The translations under genes and the position numbers were made by a program. DNA of 64,000 nt from an uncultured delta proteobacterium (GTDB taxonomy: Bacteria > Myxococcota_A > Polyangia > Polyangiales > Polyangiaceae): assembly GCA_963696385.1 (NCBI GenBank), contig CAVOKF010000005.1:448001-512000 (forward strand), read 5' to 3'. This document shows, in pieces, positions 37,505 to 47,795 of the stretch; positions within the stretch are counted from its first letter, which is position 1, and every line of letters begins with the position of its first letter. The notes under the pieces are model-generated. The model was given only the letters and a program-made list of their open reading frames with translations. It did not search any database and was not told the origin of the DNA.

Positions 37505-38005
37505 TCAATCACCCAGGTGCACGTGCGCTTCGCGCGGGGCGAGCAACGCCGCCCGCAGCGACGGCTGGGTCGTGAGCATACGTACGCACCGGTTCCAGCG
37601 CAAAAGCGGATCCGGCAGATCCGGCCGCAAGGCCTCCGCCTTCTCGTAGAGCCGCAGAGCATTCTCGAACCCCGTGACGGAGCTGTGCGCCTCGCTTCGC
37701 TCCAAGTGAGCCTTGGCGGCGCGCTCCCACGCAACTCCGAGGTGATACGTGCGCTCGTACTCGTCCGACAAATGCTCGAAGGCCTGGATCGCTTGCTCGA
37801 GCAGCGCGGGTTGCGCCGATCTCAAGCGGTCCGTCAGCGCTAGTCCGAGCAGTTTCCATGCCGATTGGTGCTCGCTCTCCACGTCGAGAACGTCCAGACA
37901 GATGCTTTCGGCCTCCTCGGGCTGGTTCAGGTCGCGGTAGTGCTCGGCCTTCTCGATGGCGGCGCCCAGGTTCTCGCGCCGTAGCCGCTTCAGATTCAAT
38001 GCCAT
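37505..38005 (-). CDS. TPR-like hypothetical protein at the end of the sdh operon
   Basis: GGAGG RBS; helical AIEKAEHYRDLNQPEEAESICLDVL...LLRWNRC; 13 bp after sdhB. Confidence 0.8.
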   Translation of the reverse strand: MALNLKRLRRENLGAAIEKAEHYRDLNQPEEAESICLDVLDVESEHQSAWKLLGLALTDRLRSAQPALLEQAIQAFEHLSDEYERTYHLGVAWERAAKAHLERSEAHSSVTGFENALRLYEKAEALRPDLPDPLLRWNRCVRMLTTQPSLRAALLAPREAHVHLGD

Positions 38006-38018
38006 CGTCAGCCTCCGA

Positions 38019-38858
38019 TCAATCGTGGCCACTCGGTTTGATGGCGGGGCCGACGGCCTTGGGGGGAGGCCCGCCCGGAGCAACGATCGGCAACCTCGTC
38101 CTTCGCCTCTCGTCCGCGCCCGTCACCTTGTTCACGGCCCAACGGATCGGATCGAAGTAGGCGTCCGCCACCCGCTCTTTCAACGGGATGATCCCGTTGT
38201 CCGTGATGTGGATGTTTTCCGGGCACACTTCGCTGCAGCACTTGGTGATGTTGCAATAGCCGATTTTGAACTCGTCCTTGACGAGCGCACGGCGATCGAT
38301 CGTATCCAAAGGGTGCATGTCCAGTGTCGCCAGGTGGATCAGGAACCGAGGGCCGGCGAAGTCGGCTTTCTTGTGATCGCGGATGACGTGGCACACGTCC
38401 TGGCAGAGAAAGCACTCGATGCATTTCCGAAACTCTTGGATGCGATCGATGTCGCGCTGCTGCATGCGCCACGTCCCGTCCGCATCCCGCGGGCGAGGCT
38501 TGAAGGGGGGGATTTTCTTCGCCATCTCGAAGTTGAAGGAGACGTCGGTCACCAGGTCCTTGATGACGGGGAAAGCACGCATCGGCGTGACGGTGATCGG
38601 TTCGCCCTCCGGGAAGTGGGACATGCGGGTCATGCACAATAGGCGCGGCTTTCCGTTGACTTCGGCGCTGCAGGACCCGCACCGGCCCGCCTTGCAATTC
38701 CAGCGCACCGCGAGCGTCGGCTCCTGTTTGGCCTGCACCTCGTGGATCGCGTCGAGCACCACCATGCCCGGATAGGTGTCGACCTGGTAGGTCTGGAGCG
38801 CTCCGCCCTCGGCGTCTCCCCGGAACAGTTGGAGGGTCGCGTTCTGGCTCATCGTCAT
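38019..38858 (-). CDS. sdhB: Succinate dehydrogenase/fumarate reductase Fe-S subunit
   Basis: CKAGRCGSC...LLC, CIECFLCQDVC, CNITKCCSEVCP; ATGA overlap with sdhA. Confidence 0.94.
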   Translation of the reverse strand: MTMSQNATLQLFRGDAEGGALQTYQVDTYPGMVVLDAIHEVQAKQEPTLAVRWNCKAGRCGSCSAEVNGKPRLLCMTRMSHFPEGEPITVTPMRAFPVIKDLVTDVSFNFEMAKKIPPFKPRPRDADGTWRMQQRDIDRIQEFRKCIECFLCQDVCHVIRDHKKADFAGPRFLIHLATLDMHPLDTIDRRALVKDEFKIGYCNITKCCSEVCPENIHITDNGIIPLKERVADAYFDPIRWAVNKVTGADERRRTRLPIVAPGGPPPKAVGPAIKPSGHD

Positions 38859-40678
38859 GACTCCTCGAGTACCTTTCGAATTTCCGGGGGCGGATCGGGG
38901 TGTGCCGTCTCCTCGATGTGCATGCGAAACGCGGCGCGGCGGGCCACGATGTTCACTTTCGAGAAGTGCCCCCGGTCCATCTCGGGGAAGTCCTCGCGCG
39001 CGTGTCCGCCACGGCTCTCTTTTCGTGCGAGCGCGGCGCGCGCCATCGCCTCGCTGACGACGAGCATGTTGCGCATGTCGAACACCTGGTGCCAAGAGGG
39101 ATTGTAGTGCCGGTTTCCGTCGACTTTCGCGCGCGACACTTCGTCCTTCAACCGCTCCACGTGGTCGAGCCCCTTCAGGAGGTCTCCTTCGTTGCGGATG
39201 ATTCCGACGAACGCTTGCATCTTGTCCTTCAGGTCTTCGTGCAAAGCAAATGGGTTGGGGCCGCTTTCGCGTTCGAACGGCTGCAGCGCTTCGCGGGCGG
39301 CTTGGTCGATCTCGATCTCGTCGAGCCTCGCGAAGTCGGCTCGCTTGGCATACTTCGCCGCGTGCAGGCCTGCGATGCGCCCGAAGACCAGCAGATCCGA
39401 CAGCGAATTGCCGCCGAGCCGATTGGCCCCGTGCATGCCTGCGGCGCATTCTCCGGCCGCGAAAAGGCCCCTGATTCGCGACTCCTGCGTCTCCGGGTCG
39501 ACGCGAATGCCGCCCATCGTATAGTGGGCCGTGGGCCCGACCTCCATCGGCTCTTTCGTGATGTCGACGTCGCCGAGCTCTTTGAACTGGTGATACATGG
39601 CCGGTAGCTTGCGTCGGATATCTTCGGCGCTCCGGCGTGTGGCGATGTCGAGGAAGACCCCTCCGTGCGGGCTGCCGCGCCCCGCCCGGACCTCGCTGTG
39701 GATGGCCCGGGCCACGATGTCGCGCGGCAGCAGATCGGGGGTACGACGGGCCTTCGACGCGCTGCCCGAAGTGCTCTCGCGGAGCCACTGGTCGGCTTCC
39801 TGTTCGGTGCTCGCCGTCTCGTTGGCGTAAAGCTCCGGGATGTAGTCGAACATGATTCGCCGGCCCGTCTGGTTGCGGAGGGTTCCCCCCTCGCCGCGCA
39901 CCCCCTCGGTGATGAGCGTGCCCCGCACGCTCGGCGGCCACACCATGCCCGTCGGGTGGAATTGCATGAACTCCATGTCCATGAGTTCCGCGCCGGCCAG
40001 GTAGGCGAGCGCCTGGCCGTCGCCCGTGCATTCCCATGAGTTCGAGTTGATCCGGAAGCAACGTCCGATCCCGCCCGTGGCCAACACCACGGCCTTCGCG
40101 TGGAAGAGGACGAAGCGCCCGCTGTCACGCCAATAGCCGAACGCGCCGCGGATTCGTTCTCCGTCGGTCAGGAGTCTCGTGATGGTGCATTCCATGTAGA
40201 CCTGCATCCCGCAGTGGATGCCGTGCTGCTGCAGGGTGCGGATCATCTCTAGACCCGTGCGGTCACCGACGTGCGCCAGGCGGGGGTATTTGTGACCCCC
40301 GAAGTTGCGCTGCAGGATGCGCCCGTCCGAGGTGCGATCGAAAAGCGCGCCCCAGGCTTCGAGCTCCTTCACCCGATCCGGCGCCTCCATGGCGTGCAGT
40401 TGCGCCATCCTCCACTGGTTCAAGTACCGGCCGCCCTTCATCGTGTCGCGGAAGTGAACCTGCCAGTTGTCCTTCGGCTCGACGTATCCGAGTGCCGCAG
40501 CGACGCCCCCCTCCGCCATCACCGTGTGGGCCTTTCCGAGCAGCGACTTGCACACGAGTCCTACGCGGAGTCCGTCCGCGCTGGCTTCGATGGCGGCTCG
40601 CAAGCCCGCGCCGCCCGCGCCGATGATCAGCACGTCGTGTTCATGCGTTTCGAAATTGGTGTTCGCGTCTCGCGACAT
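38855..40678 (-). CDS. sdhA: Succinate dehydrogenase/fumarate reductase flavoprotein
   Basis: GAGGAG, KAHTVMAEGG, QFHPT, TEGVRGEGG, HYTMGG, HGANRLGGNSL, RKESRGGH. Confidence 0.95.
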   Translation of the reverse strand: MSRDANTNFETHEHDVLIIGAGGAGLRAAIEASADGLRVGLVCKSLLGKAHTVMAEGGVAAALGYVEPKDNWQVHFRDTMKGGRYLNQWRMAQLHAMEAPDRVKELEAWGALFDRTSDGRILQRNFGGHKYPRLAHVGDRTGLEMIRTLQQHGIHCGMQVYMECTITRLLTDGERIRGAFGYWRDSGRFVLFHAKAVVLATGGIGRCFRINSNSWECTGDGQALAYLAGAELMDMEFMQFHPTGMVWPPSVRGTLITEGVRGEGGTLRNQTGRRIMFDYIPELYANETASTEQEADQWLRESTSGSASKARRTPDLLPRDIVARAIHSEVRAGRGSPHGGVFLDIATRRSAEDIRRKLPAMYHQFKELGDVDITKEPMEVGPTAHYTMGGIRVDPETQESRIRGLFAAGECAAGMHGANRLGGNSLSDLLVFGRIAGLHAAKYAKRADFARLDEIEIDQAAREALQPFERESGPNPFALHEDLKDKMQAFVGIIRNEGDLLKGLDHVERLKDEVSRAKVDGNRHYNPSWHQVFDMRNMLVVSEAMARAALARKESRGGHAREDFPEMDRGHFSKVNIVARRAAFRMHIEETAHPDPPPEIRKVLEES

Positions 40679-40761
40679 CCTGAGTACCTCGGCGTGGCGT
40701 GATGGGTGACTCGGCGAGAGGCGGCGAGTCGGGCTGCGAGCGAAAGGCGGAGGGCGGAACT

Positions 40762-41532
40762 TTAGAAGATCCTGACGTCGGTCAGGTTTCCGGTCGCCAC
40801 GGAGCGAATGTAGAGGTCGGTGAGCCCGACGGAGAAGAGACTCATCCACGCGAAGATCATGTGTCGCTCGTTCAACACGGTCACGAGCTTCCACAGCGCG
40901 TGGCGTACGCCCCCGAGCGGTACGGTCGAGTAGCTGTTCACGCCGCCGCCGACGAGGTGTCGAAAGCTGTGGCAGCCCAACGTGTAGCCGCTCAAGAGAA
41001 CGACGTTCGTGATCATGACGATCGTCCCGACCCCGGCGTGCACGCCATCCTGCCATCCCACCAGGGCGAGGATGGCGTCTTTCCAAAGGATGACCAAAAA
41101 CACGAGGGCCACGTAAAGCGCGTAGCGATGCAGGTTCTGAAACAACAGCAACTTGGTCTCGCCCTGGTATCGATGAGCCTTGCGCTCTCCGACGGCGCAC
41201 GCGGGTGGGTCCCAAGCGAACGCGCGGTAGTACGCCTTGCGGTAATAATAACAAGTGAACCGAAAGCTCAAGGGACCGGGCAAGATCAGCATCGCCGGGG
41301 TGAAGAACCCGAGCCCCCAGGATCGAGCCCAGTGGACGTCGAAGAACGGGGAATAGAACGGCGACAAGTACGCATTCCACTCGTACGCGCGTCCTTCGAA
41401 GGTGCGCCATGTCGCGTACGCAATGAATCCGCCCAAAACGAGAACCGTTGCCGCCGGGCCGACCCACCAAGCATCTTTGCGCAACGTTCCGCCGAACTCG
41501 GCAACCGGCAAGTGTACGGTCTTATTGGCCAT
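40762..41532 (-). CDS. Succinate dehydrogenase membrane anchor, mycobacterial Sdh1 (Rv0249c)-like
   Basis: About five TM helices; YLSPFYSP, FRFTCYYYRKAYYRAF, PPACAV, QNLHRY, YTLGCHSFRH. Confidence 0.88.
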   Translation of the reverse strand: MANKTVHLPVAEFGGTLRKDAWWVGPAATVLVLGGFIAYATWRTFEGRAYEWNAYLSPFYSPFFDVHWARSWGLGFFTPAMLILPGPLSFRFTCYYYRKAYYRAFAWDPPACAVGERKAHRYQGETKLLLFQNLHRYALYVALVFLVILWKDAILALVGWQDGVHAGVGTIVMITNVVLLSGYTLGCHSFRHLVGGGVNSYSTVPLGGVRHALWKLVTVLNERHMIFAWMSLFSVGLTDLYIRSVATGNLTDVRIF

Positions 41533-41596
41533 CTCTTTCGTGGGCGTGACCCTATCCCCGAGAAGTCGGTTCCGGCAAGGGGAAGAGCCGCTGGGC

Positions 41597-41664
41597 CCAG
41601 TGGGCCATTCCGCAAGTCCGTGCGAATCAATAAGTGCAATGGTTCTTGCGGGATGGGCCACTGG
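41597..41664. promoter_or_regulatory. 20-bp imperfect inverted repeat with AT-rich loop upstream of the sdh operon
   Basis: CCAGTGGGCCATTCCGCAAG (41597-41616) vs CTTGCGGGATGGGCCACTGG (41645-41664), 18/20 complementary. Confidence 0.6.
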
Positions 41665-41721
41665 CAAAGCCGCGGGAGCGGCTTGGGGGTAAGGCGCGGA
41701 GCCCGCGAAGAACAAGGCTAG

Positions 41722-41785
41722 TGGTCCGTTTGCGCTGCGCAGCAGCGCGCCGCGGATGGGCCCGCGGCGACTTCCGAACGGACCA
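41722..41785. repeat. 64-bp MITE/REP-like element
   Basis: TGGTCCGTT...AACGGACCA terminal inverted repeats, two internal 7-bp hairpins, flanked by CTAG and TTAG. Confidence 0.55.
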
Positions 41786-42799
41786 TTAGGGACAGCTGGT
41801 CGTGCCGTTCATGGCGCACGTTCCCGCCGTGCCGCCGTCTGCGCCAAGAATGCATCGCGACAAATCCAGGCAGCCGGGTCCGGCCGTCGTATCGCAGCCG
41901 GTTCCGTCGGCGGCGGCGCCCGTGCATGTCCCCGGCGTAGTCCCGCTGGCTCCCATGCAGACTCCGTTGGTGCCGCAAGGACTGTTCTGGTCGTTCACGT
42001 CGCCGCAAGGCTGACCCGCCGTGGCTACGGCGATGGCGGCGCATTCCGTCGTCATCGAGTTGCACACGAGGCCGTTGGCTCGGTCGCACCCGCCGTGGCC
42101 CCCCGCCTTGAGAAGCGGATCGCAGACGGCCCCGACGGTTTCGGAATCGGGCTGACACGTTCCCTGGGTGTTGGTCGTTGCATCCGAGCCGACGCACGAC
42201 AGCCCGACTCCGCACGGCTGTCCCGTGCCGCAGGCGCCTCCGCTCGCGGCCACGACGACGCAGGTTTGCGTATCGCTCGTGCATACGACGCCGGGGCCGC
42301 ACGTCGTGATCCCGGCGCAAGACGAACCCAACGTCGGTTGCGCGGCACACGTGCCGCACGCGGCCCCTGGAGCGATTGCGCAAAAGCCCGACTGACACTG
42401 GCCTGGGAACGCACACCCGCCGCCGACCCCCACCGATCCCGTCTGCTGCTGACAAGCCGTCGGAACGTCGAGGTCGTTCAGGTAGTCCGTGCACGGCCAA
42501 CCGGGATACGCTTGCGAGCAGGCTTCGGTGTGGGCGGGGCTATTGCCCGTCGACGGAGCCGCGAGCGAAGTGGTGCAGTTCGCCGTGACCCGGGCCGTGC
42601 ACGTCGCGGAGTCTCCGTAGCGAAGGATCATGTCTGTGGGCGAGCAGGTCTCGAGCCTCGCGCACTCCGCGTTCCCGAGGTCGGCGCACGCCTGGGCCGC
42701 ACTCGGTCCGCTCGACCCGCGCGAACCGGGCGAGGTGCTCGATCCACCGCAGGCGAAGACCGCCGATGCCAAGACCGTAACTGCGATCCTTCGCTTCAT
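41786..42799 (-). CDS. Cysteine-rich secreted lipoprotein
   Basis: VFAC lipobox; GGAGGGA RBS; many regularly spaced C/G/T repeats. Confidence 0.88.
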   Translation of the reverse strand: MKRRIAVTVLASAVFACGGSSTSPGSRGSSGPSAAQACADLGNAECARLETCSPTDMILRYGDSATCTARVTANCTTSLAAPSTGNSPAHTEACSQAYPGWPCTDYLNDLDVPTACQQQTGSVGVGGGCAFPGQCQSGFCAIAPGAACGTCAAQPTLGSSCAGITTCGPGVVCTSDTQTCVVVAASGGACGTGQPCGVGLSCVGSDATTNTQGTCQPDSETVGAVCDPLLKAGGHGGCDRANGLVCNSMTTECAAIAVATAGQPCGDVNDQNSPCGTNGVCMGASGTTPGTCTGAAADGTGCDTTAGPGCLDLSRCILGADGGTAGTCAMNGTTSCP

Positions 42800-42874
42800 C
42801 GTTGTGAGTCCCTCCGCTTGGATCCGTGGACTGAAAAAGCGCCATTACAGCACACTGCTCTCGGCCGCGGCCGG

Positions 42875-45800
42875 TCACGATTCGGCGTCGGGCGCAAACC
42901 CACGTCGCATGACATTTTCGACGATCACGCGGGGGAAGAGAAAATTCTCGAGATAGCCTTTGCCGCCGGCCTTTGTGCCGGATCCGCTCAGTTTGAGACC
43001 GCCGAACGGGTGGCGCTCGACGATCGCGCCCGTGATGCCGCGGTTCAGATACAAGTTGCCGACGACCAACTCGCGCTCGGCGCGCGCGAGTGCGACCGGG
43101 CTTCGCGAAAACAAGCCTCCGGTCAGCGCGTAGTCCGATGCGTTGGCCATCGCGAACGCTTCGTCGAGATCGCGGGCTTGCAGGACGGCGACCACGGGTC
43201 CGAAGATTTCTTCGCGCGCGATGACGGCGTCGGGCGGCACGTCCACGAACACCGTGGGGGGGACGAAGTACCCGCCGCTGCCGAGGATGTCCGGCGAAAG
43301 GCGGGCCTGGAACGCGAGCTTGGCTTCGTGCTTGCCGCGCTCGATGAGGTCGAGGATTTTCGCCCGCGCGGGTGGGTCGATAACGGGTCCGACCACCGTG
43401 CCGGGCAGCGAGGGGTCTCCCACCTTGAGGCTCCCGCACGCGGCGACGAAGCGATCGACGAACGGCTCGTATGCCTGTGCGACCACGATCAGTCGCGATA
43501 GCGCCGAGCACTTTTGCCCGCTGAATCCGAACGCGCTGTAGAGCGCCGCCGGGATCGCCTCGTCGAAGTCGGCGTCGGCATCGACGATGAGGGCATTCTT
43601 CCCGCCCATTTCGCAGACGACCTTCTTTAGGTTGGCCTGGCCGGGGCGCGTTTGCCCGGCCGCGGCCCAGATCCGTAGACCGACCGCGCGCGACCCGGTG
43701 AAAGCAATGAAGTCGACCTTCGGATGGGAGACGAGGACCTCGCCGATCTCTTCGCCGTACCCGGGCAGAAAATTCACGACGCCCGCGGGCAGTCCGGCGT
43801 CCAGCAGCACACCCATGAGCGCGGCGGCGATGACGGTGGTCTGCTCCGCGGGCTTCATGACCACGGCATTGCCGCCGACGACGGCTGCGACGGTCATCCC
43901 GCACAGGATCGCGATCGGGAAGTTCCACGGCGCAATCACGACACCCACTCCGCGCGGCATGAAGCGCTGCACGCAGCGCTCGCCCGCCACCGCCTGGGTG
44001 ACCGTCCCCCGGTCGAGTTTGCGCATCTCGCTGGCGTAGAAGCGGCAGAAGTCGATCGCTTCGCTCACGTCGGCATCGGCCTCGATCCAGGGCTTGCCGG
44101 CCTCCAGGACGATGAGCGCGTTCAGGTCGCAACGGCGTACCTCCATCAGCCCGGCGGCTTTCTCGATGATACCGGCGCGCTCGTCGGCCGAAACCTGCGC
44201 CCAGCGGGGTTGCGCTGCCAACGCCGCGGCGATCGCAGCCTCGGCCTCTCGAACCGTTGCGCGGGCCCAGTAGCCGATGATCTGTGCGGGTCGTGCGGGA
44301 TTGACGGACGCGACGAACTCGACCCCGGCGATCGGCTTGCCGCCGATGACGAGGGGCCATTGCGCGCCCAGCCGAGCCGAGACGCGCGCAAGTGCCCCCC
44401 TCATGTCTTCCCGGAGGTCGCTGCGGCCAAAGTCGCTGTTGGCCGCGTTCGAGAAGGCATTCGGGGTGGCCTTCGGCGGGGCTAGAGAGGTCGGCTTGCC
44501 GTCGAGGAGCTCGACGGGGTTTCGCAAGAGCTGCTGCGGCGTCGAAGCGCCGAGCGCCTTTGCGCGCAGGAAGCCTTCGTTGCTCGTGTTTTCGAGCAAG
44601 CGGCGAACCAGATACGCCATGCCCGGCAGAAGCTCCCCGACCGGGCAATACTCGCGCACGCGGTGGCCGCTGCGGATCAGAGCGATCTTGAGCTCGTCGG
44701 CCATTCCGTAGAGGGCCTGAAACTCGTAAGCCCGCGGATCGACCCCCAACCGCTCCGCTTGGGCGATCGCGTGGGCGGAGGATCGAACGTTGTGCGTGGC
44801 GAACGCCGGGGTGATCCGATCGATGTTTTCGAGAAGCAACAACGAGAGCGCCTCGAAGTTGGCGTCGGTCTCGGCTTTCAGTGCCCAAACGGGCACCGGC
44901 CAGCCGCGCTGCCGGGCGAAAGCGTGTTCGTAATCCCAATAGGCGCCCTTCACGAGCCTCACTCCCACGGTTCGGTGGCTCCTGCGCGCCCAGTCGACGA
45001 GGTCGTGCAGATCGCGCGCCGAGTCGCGCAGGTACGCTTGCAGCGCGATGCCGACCGAGGGCGCTTTTCGGAACTCGGCTTCTTCGAGAATCGACTTGAA
45101 CAGCGCGAGCGTCAGGTCTTTGAATCGAAAACTCTCCATGTCGAGGTTGATGAAGGCTCCGACCTCGGCGGCGCGACGTAGAATGGGCCGCAGCCTCTTC
45201 TTGAGCGCGACGATCGAGTTCTCGGGATCTGCGGGATGAACGTCGGGCGTGAGTGCGGAGACTTTGACGGAAAGGTTGAGGCGGGGCAGCACGCCCTGCG
45301 GGCCGATGTCGCTGAAGCACGGCGTCGGATTCTTGGGCGACCGCTTGCGCGACCGTGTCGAGGACGTCGCGGTTGCGCTCGAGAAACGCGTCGGCCTCCC
45401 GGTCGCTCACGACGGCTTCGCCGAGCAGATCGATGGACGTGGCGATCCCGATGCGCGCGTTGCGACGCAGCTGCTGGACGAGGTCCGCCGCGGACTGCCC
45501 CGCGACGAACTGAGACGCCATCCGAGCGACGTTGGCCGTCACCGGCCCGGCCACGAGCGCCGGGGCGAACGACGACGCGGCCAGTCCGGCCTTGAGCGCG
45601 GGATTGAGTTCGACGGCCTTGTCTCCGAGATATTCCTGCAGGTGACGAACGACCTCGGCCGACGAGGTCAAAGACGGCAATACGTCGACGAAGCGGAAGA
45701 GCTGCACCTTGAACGCGGGATTCTTCATCGACCACTCCATCAGGCGGCCGTAGATGCCCTTTTTCGAAAGCGGAGCGGCAGCGTGAGCCGCGTCCATGAG

Positions 45801-45878
45801 CGCAAAGAGCTTTTGGCCCTGCGCCCGGACGGTGGCTTCCAACGCGGGATCCGGCGCGGGGTAAGTCGGCGAGTTCAT
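42875..45878 (-). pseudogene. putA: Bifunctional proline dehydrogenase/P5C dehydrogenase, split by a single-base frameshift (real or assembly error)
   Basis: N-part FKVQLFRFVDVLP...IDLLGEAV in one frame; INLDME, QAYL, RLVKGAYWD, ATHN, YLVRRLLEN, PWNFP, EMGGKN, GQKCS, EEIFGP in another. Span 3004 nt = 3n+1. Confidence 0.9.
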
Positions 45879-45959
45879 CGCCGTCGAGGTTAGCGCGAAG
45901 GGTGGCTCAGACCCGATGGCCGTGGGCTGCCTTGCCCCTCGCGTGCTAAGCGCCGCCCC

Positions 45960-47729
45960 ATGATTGCGGCCGACTTCGCACGCATCGTCGGCCCCGCGCT
46001 CGCATCCGCGCTCGCCATGAAGGGCTATGACACGCTGACTCCCGTTCAGGAGGCCGTGCTCGACGCGGCTCTCGAAGGACGCGATCTCCGGATCACGTCT
46101 CAGACCGGATCGGGCAAGACCATCGCGATTGGCTTCGTGGTGCGCGATTTGCTGGGCGACCTCCCGACGCCCCAGCACGGCGGCGCCGCGCGGCCGCGCG
46201 TCCTCGTTCTCACGCCGACGCGCGAGCTCGCCAAACAAGTGGCCGAGGAGCTCGCGTGGCTGTATGCGCCGCTGCGCGTGCGGGTCGCCGCCGTCACCGG
46301 CGGGGCCGGCTATCTGGACCAAAAGCGAGCGCTTTCATCCAACCCTGCCGTGGTCGTTGCGACTCCGGGACGCCTGCGGGACGCCCTCGAGCGCGGCAAG
46401 ATCGACGCCGCGGCGCTTTCGGCCGTCGTTCTCGACGAAGCCGATTCGATGCTGGATCTCGGTTTCCGCGAAGACCTCGACGCCATTCTCGCGAAACTCC
46501 CAGAGGAGCGCCGATCGCATTTGGTCTCGGCGACCTTCTCGCGCGACGTCGTATCGCTCGCCGACCGCTTCCAGCGCGATCCCGTTCACGTTCAAGGCAC
46601 CCGCCTCGGCGAGGCGCATGCCGACATCGAGCACGTCGTGCACCTGGTCGAGCCGCGGCAACGGGTCGATGCTCTGGTCAATCTTCTTCTGTCGGACGAG
46701 GACGCGAAGTCGCTGGTTTTCGCGCGAACGCGGGCGGACGTCGCCCGCGTCGCCGGCGAGCTCGCCGAGGCGGGCTTCGTCGTCCGGACGCTTTCCGGCG
46801 AAATGGAGCAGCCGGAGCGGGATCGAGCGCTCGCCGCGTTCCGGCAAGGTGGCGTCCAGGCCCTCGTCGCAACCGACGTGGCCGCGCGCGGACTCGACGT
46901 CCGCGACATCGCGCGCGTGATCCAGATCGAGCCCCCGACCGATGTCGAGACGTACACGCATCGGAGCGGTCGCACCGGTCGCGCCGGAAAGCAGGGCAAG
47001 AGCGTGCTCTTCGTCGTACCGTTGCATTATCCGGCGATCGCGCGTGGTTTCGCGCGAGCCAAGATTGCGTTTCGCGTGGAGCCCATCCCGCGTCCGGATG
47101 CCATCCAGCGGGCGCGAGAGGAAAAATTGGTGGCTTGGCTCGCGCGCGACGTCGACGGCGAGAGCATCGACCCCCAAGCGATATCCATTGCCGAGCGTAT
47201 CGTAAAGAGCGACGCGCTCGTCCACGCGGTCGCGCGTTTGGTCGTCAAGGCCGGACTGCAGGGTCCGACGCGGGCTCGCGAGGTGCGCGCCGTGGCACCG
47301 CCAGAGGACGACCGTCGCGATCGTCCCCGCGCCCCCCGGACGGCTCCGGCCAAGAGCAAGCGTTCGGCGGACAGCCCCACGTGGGTAACCTTTCGCGTCA
47401 GCTGGGGTGGCCTGCACGGCGCCGATCCGCGTCGCCTACTCGCTGTCGCGTGCCGGCGAGGCCGCATCCAAGGCACCCAAGTGGGCGCGATCCGCGTCGA
47501 GGCGGCGTACTCTCTCATCGACATCGCGCGCGACGTCGCCGAGACGTTCGAGGCCGCCGCAAGCCGCCCGGATCCGCGCGATCCGCGGGTGCGAATCAGC
47601 CGCTCCGACGGGGCCATCGACGAGAGCGTGCCACCTCGCCCATCGGGCCCGCGCAAGCCCGGCAAACTCCCGCCACGCGGCGAGCGGCGCGGCGACGCGC
47701 CTCTGCGGCGTTCGGTCCGTAAGCCGTGA
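45960..47729 (+). CDS. DEAD-box RNA helicase with DbpA-type C-terminal RNA-binding domain
   Basis: TPVQ, QTGSGKT, PTRELA, TPGR, LDEAD, SAT, TDVAARGLD, HRSGRTGRAG. Confidence 0.95.
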   Translation: MIAADFARIVGPALASALAMKGYDTLTPVQEAVLDAALEGRDLRITSQTGSGKTIAIGFVVRDLLGDLPTPQHGGAARPRVLVLTPTRELAKQVAEELAWLYAPLRVRVAAVTGGAGYLDQKRALSSNPAVVVATPGRLRDALERGKIDAAALSAVVLDEADSMLDLGFREDLDAILAKLPEERRSHLVSATFSRDVVSLADRFQRDPVHVQGTRLGEAHADIEHVVHLVEPRQRVDALVNLLLSDEDAKSLVFARTRADVARVAGELAEAGFVVRTLSGEMEQPERDRALAAFRQGGVQALVATDVAARGLDVRDIARVIQIEPPTDVETYTHRSGRTGRAGKQGKSVLFVVPLHYPAIARGFARAKIAFRVEPIPRPDAIQRAREEKLVAWLARDVDGESIDPQAISIAERIVKSDALVHAVARLVVKAGLQGPTRAREVRAVAPPEDDRRDRPRAPRTAPAKSKRSADSPTWVTFRVSWGGLHGADPRRLLAVACRRGRIQGTQVGAIRVEAAYSLIDIARDVAETFEAAASRPDPRDPRVRISRSDGAIDESVPPRPSGPRKPGKLPPRGERRGDAPLRRSVRKP

Positions 47730-47795
47730 GACCGGGGTCGAGGTCGAGGCGCAGAGTGACAAAATTAGGGATTTGACGCAGATTCTGGGCGCCCA

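Noticed and set aside
42540..45330. C-terminal part of the 1260-aa ORF as a real protein, or a programmed frameshift in putA
   Set aside because: It is off-frame read-through after the indel; no in-frame CCC codon, slippery heptamer or nearby stop is visible.
45890..45949. CIRCE-like TTAGC...GTGCTAA between putA and the helicase
   Set aside because: The spacing is far from the 9-nt CIRCE spacer and the left half-site is poor; better read as two divergent -10 regions.
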